Part shown: positions 35,608-44,711 of the stretch, in pieces
How positions within the stretch are numbered: position 1 is the stretch's first letter
Layout: every line of letters begins with the position of its first letter
Virus record (IMG/VR): IMGVR_UViG_3300009682_000003
Coordinates: 8,724-72,723 of that record
Source of the DNA: a virus
Taxonomy: Duplodnaviria; Caudoviricetes
DNA: 64,000 nt
Direction: 5' to 3' (one strand)
Notes under the pieces: generated by a model
The model's database searches: none
The model's input: the letters and a program-made list of their open reading frames with translations, nothing else
What the model was told of the DNA's origin: nothing
Made by a program: the position numbers and the translations under genes

Positions 35608-35961
35608 TCATGGGGGTGTGGGGCAAGGATCTTGATCCCGAATGATCTCGACCTCCTTGCAGGTCGCCGCGGAACCAACCGCGATGCTCCCGGTGAACGT
35701 GTCGCGCAGCACGGCCTCTTGCTGGCTTTCGAGCGGGTAGTACGCGAAGAACTCGGGCAGCAGCTCGACGCACAGGGTGCGGACAACAAGCCTCGGAGGC
35801 CCTGCCTCGGTCTGCGTCGCATCGGTGTGCGTGATGATCCCTGTCAGCTCCGCGGCCTGCACCGCCTTGCCCAGGTCCACGTTCTGCACGCGCTGAAGGG
35901 CCTGCGCGTCCGTCGCGTACTCGATCTCGAACTTGTGGTGGATGCGTGCGAACTCAGCCAT
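35608..35961 (-). CDS. Hypothetical protein
   Basis: GAGGAGGAG SD; in operon. Confidence 0.75.
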   Translation of the reverse strand: MAEFARIHHKFEIEYATDAQALQRVQNVDLGKAVQAAELTGIITHTDATQTEAGPPRLVVRTLCVELLPEFFAYYPLESQQEAVLRDTFTGSIAVGSAATCKEVEIIRDQDPCPTPP

Positions 35962-36250
35962 GACGTTGTCTCCTCCTCGCGACCTCGCCCAAGACGTGGA
36001 GGCCGAACTCAGCCGCCTTGCCCCAGTCGATGTTCAGGCCGCGTCCAGCTCGTAGCATGGCCGAGATCGCGCTCGCGAGCGATTCCGGCACGACCTCGTT
36101 GTCCTCGGCGTTCGCGACCGGGCTCACCCTTTTCGCTTGGATTTGCACTTCCCAGGCGTCTGTGACGCCGCGCCTAGCAGCGACGACAAGGTACACATCG
36201 TGCCCGGGTAGTGCGCGCTCGATGGCTCGCCAGAATCCTTTGCTCCGCAT
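35954..36250 (-). CDS. Hypothetical protein
   Basis: MRSKGFWRAIER...; overlaps the next gene. Confidence 0.65.
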   Translation of the reverse strand: MRSKGFWRAIERALPGHDVYLVVAARRGVTDAWEVQIQAKRVSPVANAEDNEVVPESLASAISAMLRAGRGLNIDWGKAAEFGLHVLGEVARRRQRHG

Positions 36251-36426
36251 AGCTTCGCTCGCAGTTCCTGTTCTTGGATCGCGAGGCGCATCACCGCCTC
36301 TTCGATGATCGCACCCAGCGACGCCCCCCCGCGGCACGACTGGAGCTCCACCAGCACCTCCTTGCAGCGGTCGCTGATCGTGATGCTGGTGTGGTTCCTG
36401 CGGGGCTTGCCACCCGCAGGCTTCAC
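36124..36426 (-). CDS. Ribbon-helix-helix-like DNA-binding protein
   Basis: HTSITISDRCKEVLVEL...SLGAIIEEAV strand-helix-helix pattern; GTGA coupling. Confidence 0.6.
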   Translation of the reverse strand: MKPAGGKPRRNHTSITISDRCKEVLVELQSCRGGASLGAIIEEAVMRLAIQEQELRAKLCGAKDSGEPSSAHYPGTMCTLSSLLGAASQTPGKCKSKRKG

Positions 36427-36851
36427 GGCTCGGCCTGCTGCGCCTGGGCGGGCTGCTCTGGCTCGTCCTGTTGCTCGGGCTGAGCCTCGGGTTCCTGCGG
36501 CTTCAGGTCGGGCTGGTCGTCCTCGGGCTCCGTCGAACCGAGCTTGAGGATCTCGCGGGCGATCTCGTTCTCGTTGACGAAGCTGTCCTCGCGCACGACG
36601 TGGTCGCGCTGGATCTCCGTCACGATGTTCACGCCCGAGGCCGCGTAGGGAGATCCAGGCATGCCCTTGCTGATGACCCAGTAGACCTCGTCGCCCTGCT
36701 CACGGACGAACGAGGTGATCGCCGTGATGAAAACAGGCTCTTGCGGGTCTTTGTCGGTCGCGGTGGGAAGGGGCTGCTGCACGCGGTACAGCTTGCCCTC
36801 GCGTGTGGTGATTTGTGCGATCTGGCGCCCTAGCTCGATCTGCTCGCTCAT
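36423..36851 (-). CDS. Hypothetical protein with E/Q/P-rich tail, first gene of the structural block
   Basis: TTGACA at 36882-36887 upstream; acidic low-complexity C-terminus. Confidence 0.75.
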   Translation of the reverse strand: MSEQIELGRQIAQITTREGKLYRVQQPLPTATDKDPQEPVFITAITSFVREQGDEVYWVISKGMPGSPYAASGVNIVTEIQRDHVVREDSFVNENEIAREILKLGSTEPEDDQPDLKPQEPEAQPEQQDEPEQPAQAQQAEP

Positions 36852-36930
36852 GAGGGCATGAGACACCAACGGCACATTCGGTGTCAAGCATGTGGAAACG
36901 TGTGCCGGATTAGGCAACGTTTTCCGCCGC

Positions 36931-38019
36931 TTACTCCCCGATGGCGCTCGCTCCCGACCACATTGCGGCCAGGTCTTCCGGGCTGGCGAACTGTTCTTGC
37001 CTCTCGCGGGGCTTGCGACGCTGGACGCGGAACGGAGTGCCTAGCTCGGTGAGCGTCGTGTTGGCGGTCCACAGGCACCAGCCGGTCTGGGCGACGAATC
37101 CCTCGCGCTTCGCCAGCTTGCGCAACCAGAAGTCGATCACCTTCGACCTCACCTCGTCCTGAGCACTCTCCCCAAGCGACTTTTCCTGCACCTCGACCCG
37201 AGCAAGGTCGTCGGCTCGCAGCCACAGGGTGAGCGCGGCCTGGAGGTCGCGCTGCGTGTGGACGTAGTGCTTGCCGTGCACCTCGATGAAGATCTCGTCG
37301 TACTTGGCAAGCACGCTCTCGACCATCTCCCTTTCCAGAGCCTGGAAAGAGGGAGTGCGCGGAGCGCGATCCTTCATCTCTTCATTGGATCTCTTCCTTA
37401 AAGAGGTGGCCAGTGCAGGAATTTTCACCTCCCTCCTGAAGTCTGGATCAGGTGGGGTGGTTTTTGACCCACGGTCAACCGAGGGGGTAACTTGCCGTTT
37501 TTTGTTGGTGTTTCGCTTGCCGCGACCCTCTTGCAGGTGGCACCTGAAGTCTGCTTCAGGTGGTTGCGCGTTCAGGTGCTTGCGGGTTTTAGCAACGAAT
37601 CCGGTCGGTTCGGTCCCCGTTGGCTCGAGCGGAACCTCGGTCGGGCCGCTGCCGGCGCCGTCCAGGTTGGCGTCGCCTGGCTCGCTCGGGAGCGGCCCGC
37701 TGTGCATCCACTCGTGCTCCAAGAAGTAGTACAGGCTCGACCTGCCCTCGGCCTTGCGGTCCACCACCTCGATGAGCCCAGCCTCGCGCAGCTTGCGGAT
37801 CGACGCGAAGATGGTGCGCTCGCTCACGGCTAGGTCGTCGGCCAGACGAGCCACCGAAGGGTAGGCGTAGCCGTGCCGACCGGCGTACTGGCAGAGCCTG
37901 GCGTACAGGATCTTCTCGTTTGGTGTAAGCTCTGGCTTTGACAGCAGCCAATTTGGGAGGAACGCTCCCGTCCAGAGCCGATACGGATTGATTGCCCCGC
38001 GGGGCGCTTGCCTCGACAT
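36931..38019 (-). CDS. Replication initiator with N-terminal winged HTH
   Basis: LTPNEKILYARL...AYPSVARLADDLAVSERTI...LREAGLI; GAAGGGG SD. Confidence 0.85.
   Translation of the reverse strand: MSRQAPRGAINPYRLWTGAFLPNWLLSKPELTPNEKILYARLCQYAGRHGYAYPSVARLADDLAVSERTIFASIRKLREAGLIEVVDRKAEGRSSLYYFLEHEWMHSGPLPSEPGDANLDGAGSGPTEVPLEPTGTEPTGFVAKTRKHLNAQPPEADFRCHLQEGRGKRNTNKKRQVTPSVDRGSKTTPPDPDFRREVKIPALATSLRKRSNEEMKDRAPRTPSFQALEREMVESVLAKYDEIFIEVHGKHYVHTQRDLQAALTLWLRADDLARVEVQEKSLGESAQDEVRSKVIDFWLRKLAKREGFVAQTGWCLWTANTTLTELGTPFRVQRRKPRERQEQFASPEDLAAMWSGASAIGE
37435..37563. promoter_or_regulatory. Candidate replication origin inside rep
   Basis: CCTGAAGTCTGGATCAGGTGG (37435) and CCTGAAGTCTGCTTCAGGTGG (37543) flank a T-rich stretch. 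Confidence 0.6.
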
Positions 38020-38085
38020 GATCGGTTCCCCTTCGACGCCCCGCCGAGCCACGACGGGGCGCCGCTCTTTCAGCCCCGGGCTGCG

Positions 38086-38544
38086 CTACAACTCCCCCGC
38101 CTCCGCGAAGCTGAAGTATCCCTCCTCGGTCACGATGACGTGATCGACTACGGGAATGTCTAGCAGGTCACCGGCAGCGACGATCGACCGGGTCACAGCT
38201 CGGTCAGCGCTCGACGGCCTGAGTGATCCCGCCGGGTGGTTGTGTGCCACGATCACCTTGGCGGCTCCGAGAACAATCGCCGCCCTGAAGATCTCGCGCG
38301 GGTAGATCGGTGTGGAGTTGACCGCGCCTCTCGCGACTTCCTCCACCCCGCGCGCCCTCATTCTGGCGTCCAACGCGAACACGTAGAACGATTCCTGATC
38401 GTTCTCCGCAGCGCGCAGTCGCAGCGTCTCCCATACCTCACGCGGCCCGATGATCGGGCCGTCCGACGTGGCAGCTCGCAAGGCCGACACGTCTCGGCAA
38501 ACCTTCACCCATCCGTTGGCCGACGTGGTGCAGTGCTTACTCAC
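38086..38544 (-). CDS. radC: RadC-like JAB/MPN domain protein
   Basis: QESFYVFALD, VAHNHPAG...PSSAD, VVDHVIV. Confidence 0.92.
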   Translation of the reverse strand: MSKHCTTSANGWVKVCRDVSALRAATSDGPIIGPREVWETLRLRAAENDQESFYVFALDARMRARGVEEVARGAVNSTPIYPREIFRAAIVLGAAKVIVAHNHPAGSLRPSSADRAVTRSIVAAGDLLDIPVVDHVIVTEEGYFSFAEAGEL

Positions 38545-39142
38545 GGTATGACCTCGCGAACTTCCAGATCAGGTCTGCCCACTGCTTGTATCCCGATGCG
38601 GTCATGTGGATGCCGTCCGACGCCTTGGGCACTTGCAGCGTCGAGCTGTCCATGATGATCACGCGAGCTTCGGCAACGGCCTGGCTCGCGCGAATCATTG
38701 CGCGCACCTCGTTGACGTGCGGGAGCGGCGCGTTCGGGGGCTCGACCCACAGCACGCGCGTGGCTGCCGCCAGCCGGCGGACGAGCCGGTCGAGTTGGTC
38801 GCGTTCGGACGTCGGATCTTCCATCGCGGCGTCGTTGGTCCCGAGCACGACGATCACGAGCTGGAGGCCTTCGTTGTCGATGGGCGCGTTGGCGATGATT
38901 GAGGACCACTGGGCGATGCGCGTGCCCCCCCTCGCGTCGGAGTACAAGGAAAATCCGTCGCGCGCCGCTAGTTCGGTCAGCGGCTTTGTAAGCCCCACGG
39001 CGAGCGAGTCGCCAATGAGCCCGACGCGCCCCGGAGGGGTGAGGATCGGCTTGCGGTTGCGGTGCCTGACGAGCGCCCATGCAGCGACACCGAGGGCGAC
39101 GCCGGCCCCGAGGATCGCTGCGATTCGACCCTTGCTTTCCAC
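38537..39142 (-). CDS. SGNH/GDSL hydrolase with N-terminal TM
   Basis: IGDSLA, ARGG, LGTND, DGIH blocks. Confidence 0.88.
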   Translation of the reverse strand: MESKGRIAAILGAGVALGVAAWALVRHRNRKPILTPPGRVGLIGDSLAVGLTKPLTELAARDGFSLYSDARGGTRIAQWSSIIANAPIDNEGLQLVIVVLGTNDAAMEDPTSERDQLDRLVRRLAAATRVLWVEPPNAPLPHVNEVRAMIRASQAVAEARVIIMDSSTLQVPKASDGIHMTASGYKQWADLIWKFARSYRE

Positions 39143-39151
39143 GCGCCGATC

Positions 39152-39406
39152 CTACCCCTCGCTGGGTGCGTTACTCAAGGGCACATAGGCGTCTCGCACC
39201 CTGGACGGCCAACGCTCGGACACGTCCGCGGACAGGCCGAGCCTGCGAACGGCCCTAAGCAGCGTGGTCTTGTGGACGCCCAGGCGCTGGGCGGCTGCGC
39301 TCGTGTTGCCTTGGCACTCTTCGTAGGCCCGCAGGATCTCCCGTCGCGCCTCGTCGTCGTCGCGCCCCCTCGACAGCGTGTTGTAGCCCGACCGCTTGGC
39401 TGCCAT
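39152..39406 (-). CDS. Fis-type HTH regulator
   Basis: CQGNTSAAAQRLGVHKTTLLR. Confidence 0.8.
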   Translation of the reverse strand: MAAKRSGYNTLSRGRDDDEARREILRAYEECQGNTSAAAQRLGVHKTTLLRAVRRLGLSADVSERWPSRVRDAYVPLSNAPSEG

Positions 39407-39747
39407 CACTCCTCCATGCCGATGTCGTGCAGCGCGCCCTTTGCGTTCGCCGCAAGCTCGTCGATCTGCACGCCGAGCAGGCTGAAGGCGTCCACCGCAG
39501 ACCGCAGCTCGCTGCTGATTTCTTCCGAAGGGCGCAAACGTCCCCGCGCGATCTCCAGCGCGTTTGATAGCCCCAACGCAATGGCGTAGCTCTTCGTCCA
39601 CCCGAACACGCCGCCCAGGCGCTCCAGCTCGCGCGCCATCGCGCCGCACTGGGCAGGGGCGCCGCGCTGGGATGCGTCTCGGAACCGCTCCAGCGCTTCG
39701 ACCTTGTCCTGCCCCAGTTGCTCGACCAAACGATCCCTCAGTGCCAT
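39406..39747 (-). CDS. Hypothetical protein
   Basis: AAGGGAGA SD; TGATG coupling. Confidence 0.7.
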   Translation of the reverse strand: MALRDRLVEQLGQDKVEALERFRDASQRGAPAQCGAMARELERLGGVFGWTKSYAIALGLSNALEIARGRLRPSEEISSELRSAVDAFSLLGVQIDELAANAKGALHDIGMEE

Positions 39748-39764
39748 GCTGTGCTCTCCCTTCG

Positions 39765-39792
39765 TTGACAGACGCAATGCAACGGGTAGCAT
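39765..39792 (+). promoter_or_regulatory. Sigma70-type promoter upstream of the recombinase
   Basis: TTGACA-N16-TAGCAT. Confidence 0.6.
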
Positions 39793-39933
39793 TACTTGCG
39801 CCCGTCGTCCACGGGCGAGCGAAGGATCAAGGCCCTCGGTTGTTCGACCTTGTCGAAAACCGGGTGTAGTACGCGCAGACAGCGCGCACACAACGCGCAC
39901 ACAACACGGGAACTACGGGGAAGGTCTGGGGTA

Positions 39934-40890
39934 ATGTCAGCAGAAATGTTGCCGGTTTGCGGGGACGGCTCGCGCGCTCTGCTTGAGCTGGCTCGCGCGC
40001 TCGCAAGCGAGGCCCGCGCTCCCAACACGCGGCGCTCCTACGACTCGGCGCTCCGCTGCTTCGCCTTGTTCTGCGAACAGCACTCGTTGGTGCAAGAGCC
40101 GCAGCCGGCGCAGGTCTGCGCGTTCGTTGCTTGGCTTGCGGAACAAGGGCGATCGGTCGCGACAGTTGAGCGGGCGATGGCGGCGCTCGCGCACGCAGCA
40201 ACGCAACAAGGCCTTGCAGCGCCCGCGAGCCATCCAGCCGTGTCCGAGGTTCTGGAGGGCGTGCGGCGCGTCCTGGGGCGTGCTCAGGACCGCAAGGCGG
40301 CGGTCCTGGTCACGGACCTGCGGGCCATGAGCGAGGCGCTGGGCGAAGGCCTTGCGGCAACCAGGGACCGGGCGGTGCTCGTGCTGGGGTTCGCGGCGGC
40401 GCTGCGTCGCGCCGAGCTGGTCGCGCTCGACGTGGGCGACCTCCAGTTTGTCGAGCAGGGCGTGATCGTCACGCTGCGCCGCTCCAAGACCGACCAGCAC
40501 GCAGAAGGCACGGTCAAGGCCGTCCCCCGGGGCTTGAACGCCCCGACCTGCGCTGTGCGGTGCGTCGAGGCCTGGCTGGGGGCAGCCCGGCTCGACGAAG
40601 GCCCCCTGTTCCGCCGCATCGGCGCGGGAGGCAAGGTGCTACGCCAGCGCATGAGCGACCGGGCCGTGGCTCGCCTGGTCAAGCGCGCCTGCGCGAACGT
40701 CGGGCTCGACCCGAAGCGCTACGCCGGCCACTCCCTGCGTGCCGGCCTGGCGACCGAGGCCGCACGCAGGGGCAAGAGCGACTGGTCAATCATGCGGCAG
40801 ACCGGGCACACCAACCCGGCGACGCTCGCGAAGTACGTGAGGGAGGCAAGGCTGTGGGAGGACAACGCGGCAGACGACCTGGGCCTGTGA
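39934..40890 (+). CDS. Tyrosine recombinase, Cre-like
   Basis: RDRAVLVLGFAAALRRAEL, SKTDQ, GHSLRAG, TGH, Y; SAM-like N-domain; start could be 39796. Confidence 0.92.
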   Translation: MSAEMLPVCGDGSRALLELARALASEARAPNTRRSYDSALRCFALFCEQHSLVQEPQPAQVCAFVAWLAEQGRSVATVERAMAALAHAATQQGLAAPASHPAVSEVLEGVRRVLGRAQDRKAAVLVTDLRAMSEALGEGLAATRDRAVLVLGFAAALRRAELVALDVGDLQFVEQGVIVTLRRSKTDQHAEGTVKAVPRGLNAPTCAVRCVEAWLGAARLDEGPLFRRIGAGGKVLRQRMSDRAVARLVKRACANVGLDPKRYAGHSLRAGLATEAARRGKSDWSIMRQTGHTNPATLAKYVREARLWEDNAADDLGL

Positions 40891-41093
40891 CGCCGATCGT
40901 GGGCGACGACCTGCTGCTCGGAACGAGGGTGGAGGCCTGGGCCGACCAGCAAGCCGTGGACATGGTGCTCATGCAGCGCGCGCTGCGGTTGTTCCCGAGG
41001 GCGCAGGTGCCAGGGTTCATGCTGGCCTGGTGCCATGCGATAGGCCACGATCCGGTGGCGCAGGGAGGTGATCATGGGGCGAAAAGGGGATGA
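40887..41093 (+). CDS. Hypothetical protein
   Basis: GTGA coupling to the recombinase stop. Confidence 0.55.
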   Translation: MTPIVGDDLLLGTRVEAWADQQAVDMVLMQRALRLFPRAQVPGFMLAWCHAIGHDPVAQGGDHGAKRG

Positions 41094-41775
41094 GTACCGC
41101 GTGGACCTCGTCGGGTTCGACGTCGAGACGACCGGGCTCAGGCCGGGCGATCGAGTCGTGCAGATCGGCGTTGTGGGATACAAGCTCGACGGCACGGCGC
41201 GATGGAGGTGGGAACGGCTGCTGAACCCTGGGACGATCGACTGGGGCGACCCGGGCACCGCGGAAGCGTGCCGGGTCAACGGCGTGACGCCTGCCTGCCT
41301 CGTCGGCGCCCCCTCGTTCTGCGAGGTCGCAGGCGAGGTCGTCAGCCTGCTTGCGTGCGCTCCGCGCGTTTGCTCGCACAACCTCACGTTCGATCTGTAC
41401 TGCCTGGTGGGCGAGCTGTGCCGGGGCGGCGCGCAGGTCGAGCTCCCTTTCAACTCGGCCTGGTGCACGATGATCCTCGACTACGGCAGGGCGCTGGAGC
41501 GGTGGGGCGAAGCGGCAGACAGCCTGAGCTACTCGCTGGCTGCCTGCTGCGCGCGGCGCTCGATCCCGATCAGGCCCGTGCTCGCCGTGGGGTTGCATGA
41601 CGGGTTGCACACCGCGGCGTTCGACGCGGACTGCGCAGCGAAGCTGTGGCTCGATATTGCGTCGGAGCGCGAACCAACGCGCGAGGAGCTGCTGCGCGCG
41701 TCCGTCGCGTGGCGCCAGCGGCTCGAGCGAAAGCGTGCCGAAAGGAAGCGCCAACAGACAGTCGCAACAACCTAG
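41074..41775 (+). CDS. DEDDh 3'-5' exonuclease (DnaQ-like)
   Basis: FDVETTG, HNLTFD, HTAAFD motifs; GGAGG SD. Confidence 0.9.
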   Translation: MGRKGDEYRVDLVGFDVETTGLRPGDRVVQIGVVGYKLDGTARWRWERLLNPGTIDWGDPGTAEACRVNGVTPACLVGAPSFCEVAGEVVSLLACAPRVCSHNLTFDLYCLVGELCRGGAQVELPFNSAWCTMILDYGRALERWGEAADSLSYSLAACCARRSIPIRPVLAVGLHDGLHTAAFDADCAAKLWLDIASEREPTREELLRASVAWRQRLERKRAERKRQQTVATT

Positions 41776-41797
41776 CGAGCCGTGGTAGCCTCGGGGC

Positions 41798-42367
41798 ATG
41801 CAGAACGTCGAACAACGGTGGGATGGTTCGGTGGGCGCCTGCCCGCCGCGAATGGCGTGGGCTACTTGCTACCGATGCGGGCGACCGGGATGCCCCGGCG
41901 ACTGCCCGGCGGACTCGCTCAGCGGCGTTGCCGGGTGCGGGAGCTGCGGCCTCGGGGCCGTGGGCCTCGGGCCGATGCCGATCGGGCTCGGAATGGTGGG
42001 TCAGGCGACAACCGGCACGGGCGAGGGCATCCCTGCGATGACCGAGCAGCAGCGCGCGATCGTGTGCGAGCAAGCGAAACGCTTTGGCCGCGGGTACGCG
42101 GTCGAGGGCAAGTACGCGGACGCGGAAGGCGCGTGGAACTCCATGTTCGACCTGGCCGCGCAGAGCCTGCCCGCCGACATGCTGCCCCGCCTCGAAGCCC
42201 TCAAGAACCACCCCGAGGTCGCCAAGATCAAGGCGTGCTTCGTCGCTGGGTTCGACGAGCAGAAGGGCTCGTTCTACAGCCAGCCAGCCGGCAAGAAGGG
42301 CCTCATGTGGGGCGCGATCGGCGGCTTGGTCGTCGGCGGCGTGGTGACGTGGCTGATCGTTCGGTAG
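41798..42367 (+). CDS. Gly/Cys-rich, C-terminally membrane-anchored protein
   Basis: TM WGAIGGLVVGGVVTWLIVR; TAGCCT-N6-ATG upstream. Confidence 0.75.
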   Translation: MQNVEQRWDGSVGACPPRMAWATCYRCGRPGCPGDCPADSLSGVAGCGSCGLGAVGLGPMPIGLGMVGQATTGTGEGIPAMTEQQRAIVCEQAKRFGRGYAVEGKYADAEGAWNSMFDLAAQSLPADMLPRLEALKNHPEVAKIKACFVAGFDEQKGSFYSQPAGKKGLMWGAIGGLVVGGVVTWLIVR

Positions 42368-42393
42368 CCCGCGGTTGGTTGCCCCTCCAGCTT

Positions 42394-42681
42394 GTGCTCG
42401 CGGTCGAGCCGGCGGCAGAGCTGCTGGGCGTGTCCGCCGTCGCCCGCGGCGATGGGTTCGTCCGCGTGTACGAGCGAGCAGGCAAGCCCCGCAACGTGCC
42501 CGAGGCCTGGAAGCGCAAGCGCTTCGGTTTCGTCTCACGTCACATGGCGCAGGCGCTTGCGCGCGCCGAGCCGTTCTGGGTCAACGGGCACCCGACGCGC
42601 CGGCACCTCGCGCTCGTCATGTGGGCGTACAGCCCGACGCCGGGACGGTTGCGGGCCTGGGCGAAAACGGTGACCGCGTAG
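42394..42681 (+). CDS. Small basic viral protein
   Basis: WKRKRFGFVSRH...PTRRHLALVMWAYSP; start uncertain. Confidence 0.65.
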   Translation: MLAVEPAAELLGVSAVARGDGFVRVYERAGKPRNVPEAWKRKRFGFVSRHMAQALARAEPFWVNGHPTRRHLALVMWAYSPTPGRLRAWAKTVTA

Positions 42682-42697
42682 CTTGGGGAGATCAGGC

Positions 42698-42853
42698 GTG
42701 ACGACCAAGAAGAGCAAGGACACCTCCAAGGACCAGCGCGGTTACCTGGGCACCTACGATCCGAACAAGCCGCTTCGCATCGGGTTCAAGGGCTGGCGCG
42801 TGATACAGCCGCCGCCCCAACCGAGAGCAGAGCAGGATCGCGTCAGCTCTTGA
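42698..42853 (+). CDS. Small basic protein (51 aa)
   Basis: GGGGAG SD, GTG start; manual translation. Confidence 0.5.
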   Translation: MTTKKSKDTSKDQRGYLGTYDPNKPLRIGFKGWRVIQPPPQPRAEQDRVSS

Positions 42854-43088
42854 CAAGGCGCAGGTGCGTTCGGTGCGCCGCGTGCCACCTGGCGACTTGC
42901 CTCTGCGCCTGGGGCAACGCCTCGGCTCCCCCGCATCCGGCGAAGATCACCTCGCTGTCGGACGAGGGGTAGTGCGGGGCGATCGGTTCCCCCTCGCTGA
43001 GCGTCACGATCTTGGCGCTCTTCGTCCTGTTGTCCCAGAACGCGAAGACGTGCCCGTCGCATAGCGCGTGCGTGCCGGCGTAAGCCAT
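42843..43088 (-). CDS. Hypothetical protein
   Basis: ATG immediately after the CHAP gene stop. Confidence 0.6.
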   Translation of the reverse strand: MAYAGTHALCDGHVFAFWDNRTKSAKIVTLSEGEPIAPHYPSSDSEVIFAGCGGAEALPQAQRQVARWHAAHRTHLRLVKS

Positions 43089-43778
43089 TCAGCCCTCCAG
43101 CGACCAGATCGAGTCTCGGATGATCCCGTCGAGCGTGACGCCCACCAGCGCAAGGATGCGTTCTCGCTCTTGCGGGCTCGGCGCGTAGGCGACGACCTCG
43201 CCTATTGCTTCCCGCAAGCGATGTCTGGAGGGCTCGCACGGGTACTCGATGAACCCGAGCAGCCTTGTGCTGTCGAAGCGGTGCGCCGACTCGTTCACCC
43301 GGTCGCCCTCGTTGCCGCCGATCGCGGTGTACCCGCTGGGCGTGATCCCGCTCACGCGATTGACGTGCCGCCACCAGGAAGTCTCGGGCTTGCCGGCCTG
43401 GGACCGATCGTAGATCGCAAGGTCGCCCAGCTCGGGGAGCCACTCGCCGGAACGAACCAGCGCCGCGGGTCGCCAACGGCCCGTCCACGGTCCCGCCGGA
43501 TCGACGGCGTCCGCGACGGCCTCGACGACGCCCGCGCGATAGCCGTGCGCGGGCAGCTCACCGTCGAGCATCGCTTGGTGCATGCACCACGACGCAAATG
43601 CCATGCACCAGTTGGAGGCCTTGAGCCCGAGGAGCTGCTCGGTCCCATGCCGCCGGCACGGCGCAAGGTACTCCAGCACGCGCGGCCCGGTGTTCGATCC
43701 GAACGGGTGCTCGCGCACGCCGGCCAGCAGTTCTGCCCGGGCGACGGCAAGCGCTCGCTCGCCCAGGGTGCCGGTCAC
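43089..43778 (-). CDS. CHAP-family peptidoglycan amidase/endopeptidase
   Basis: SNTGPRV, NWCMAFASWC, GDLAIY, RHVNRV, IGGNEG. Confidence 0.85.
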   Translation of the reverse strand: MTGTLGERALAVARAELLAGVREHPFGSNTGPRVLEYLAPCRRHGTEQLLGLKASNWCMAFASWCMHQAMLDGELPAHGYRAGVVEAVADAVDPAGPWTGRWRPAALVRSGEWLPELGDLAIYDRSQAGKPETSWWRHVNRVSGITPSGYTAIGGNEGDRVNESAHRFDSTRLLGFIEYPCEPSRHRLREAIGEVVAYAPSPQERERILALVGVTLDGIIRDSIWSLEG

Positions 43779-44125
43779 AACGCCTCGCTCACGTCGATCC
43801 CGGCGCGGAGCTGTCCCGTTTCGACGAGCCAGCGCGACACCCAGCCGACTAGCACCGCGGCCTCGGGGAGCTGATAGCCGCCTGACACCACGTCGAGGCG
43901 CTTGGGGTCGATGTGCACGGACCTGGCACTCGCGAAGTTGAAGTTGCCGCGCCCTCCGTTGTCGATGTCGTAGTAGATCGACTGGGGCTTGAACCAAAGC
44001 CGCAAGCGGCGGCTCGGGTCGGTGGCGTGCGGGATCTTCAGCCCGCGTTTCACCTCCCAGCCCATCTTGTCGAGGCCTTCGAGCACCGCGGCTTGAATCT
44101 GCGCGTAGGTTCGTTGCTTGGGCAT
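43775..44125 (-). CDS. Hypothetical protein
   Basis: GAGG SD; GTGA coupling. Confidence 0.7.
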   Translation of the reverse strand: MPKQRTYAQIQAAVLEGLDKMGWEVKRGLKIPHATDPSRRLRLWFKPQSIYYDIDNGGRGNFNFASARSVHIDPKRLDVVSGGYQLPEAAVLVGWVSRWLVETGQLRAGIDVSEAL

Positions 44126-44132
44126 GCTCGCC

Positions 44133-44699
44133 TCAGAACGGATTAGACCAGTTGTGGTACTGCTGCGCGGTGATGAGCCCGTCCTTCTGGAGCGCGTCGG
44201 TGTAGTTGTTCCACGCCTCGGCCCGCGCAACGCGATCGATCCTACCCCAGCGCTCGTACTGCGCCTGGACGTGCGGCAGCACGTACTCGCGGAACTGGGC
44301 GAGCGCCTCGGCTTTGGTCATGCGACCGCGGCGACCTTCCTCCGCGAAGCGTCCCTTCTGGCCTGGCGAGCGGCGCACGAGGTAGCGCCCCTGGTCGTCC
44401 ATCGCAACGCTGGTTGCCTCCTCGATCGCGTCTGCCGTCTCGGGGTCGGGCGCCCATTCGGGCGTGTCGTCGCCGCGGTTGTGCGTCGTGTAGTAGCTGC
44501 CGAACCCCACCGCAGAGCTTGCGGCGGCGTCGTAGGCGTCGGGGCTGTCCGCCGCCTTGTATCCCCCGGGCACACCGAGGTCGGAGAAGTGCCACACCTT
44601 GCCGTGCGCGCTGATCGTTCCCTTGTACTGGTCGTGCGTGCCTCGCGTGCCGTAGTACTCGATGTCCACGACCGCGTCCCCGATGTACCTGCGTGCCAT
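44133..44699 (-). CDS. Hypothetical multi-domain protein
   Basis: GGAGG SD; codon-consistent ORF. Confidence 0.75.
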   Translation of the reverse strand: MARRYIGDAVVDIEYYGTRGTHDQYKGTISAHGKVWHFSDLGVPGGYKAADSPDAYDAAASSAVGFGSYYTTHNRGDDTPEWAPDPETADAIEEATSVAMDDQGRYLVRRSPGQKGRFAEEGRRGRMTKAEALAQFREYVLPHVQAQYERWGRIDRVARAEAWNNYTDALQKDGLITAQQYHNWSNPF

Positions 44700-44711
44700 G
44701 CTGGCCTCCTA

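Noticed and set aside
9976-36851. Tailed-phage (Caudoviricetes) morphogenesis module
   Set aside because: No terminase Walker motifs, portal, HK97 capsid, tube or tape measure recognised; they could still lie outside the window.
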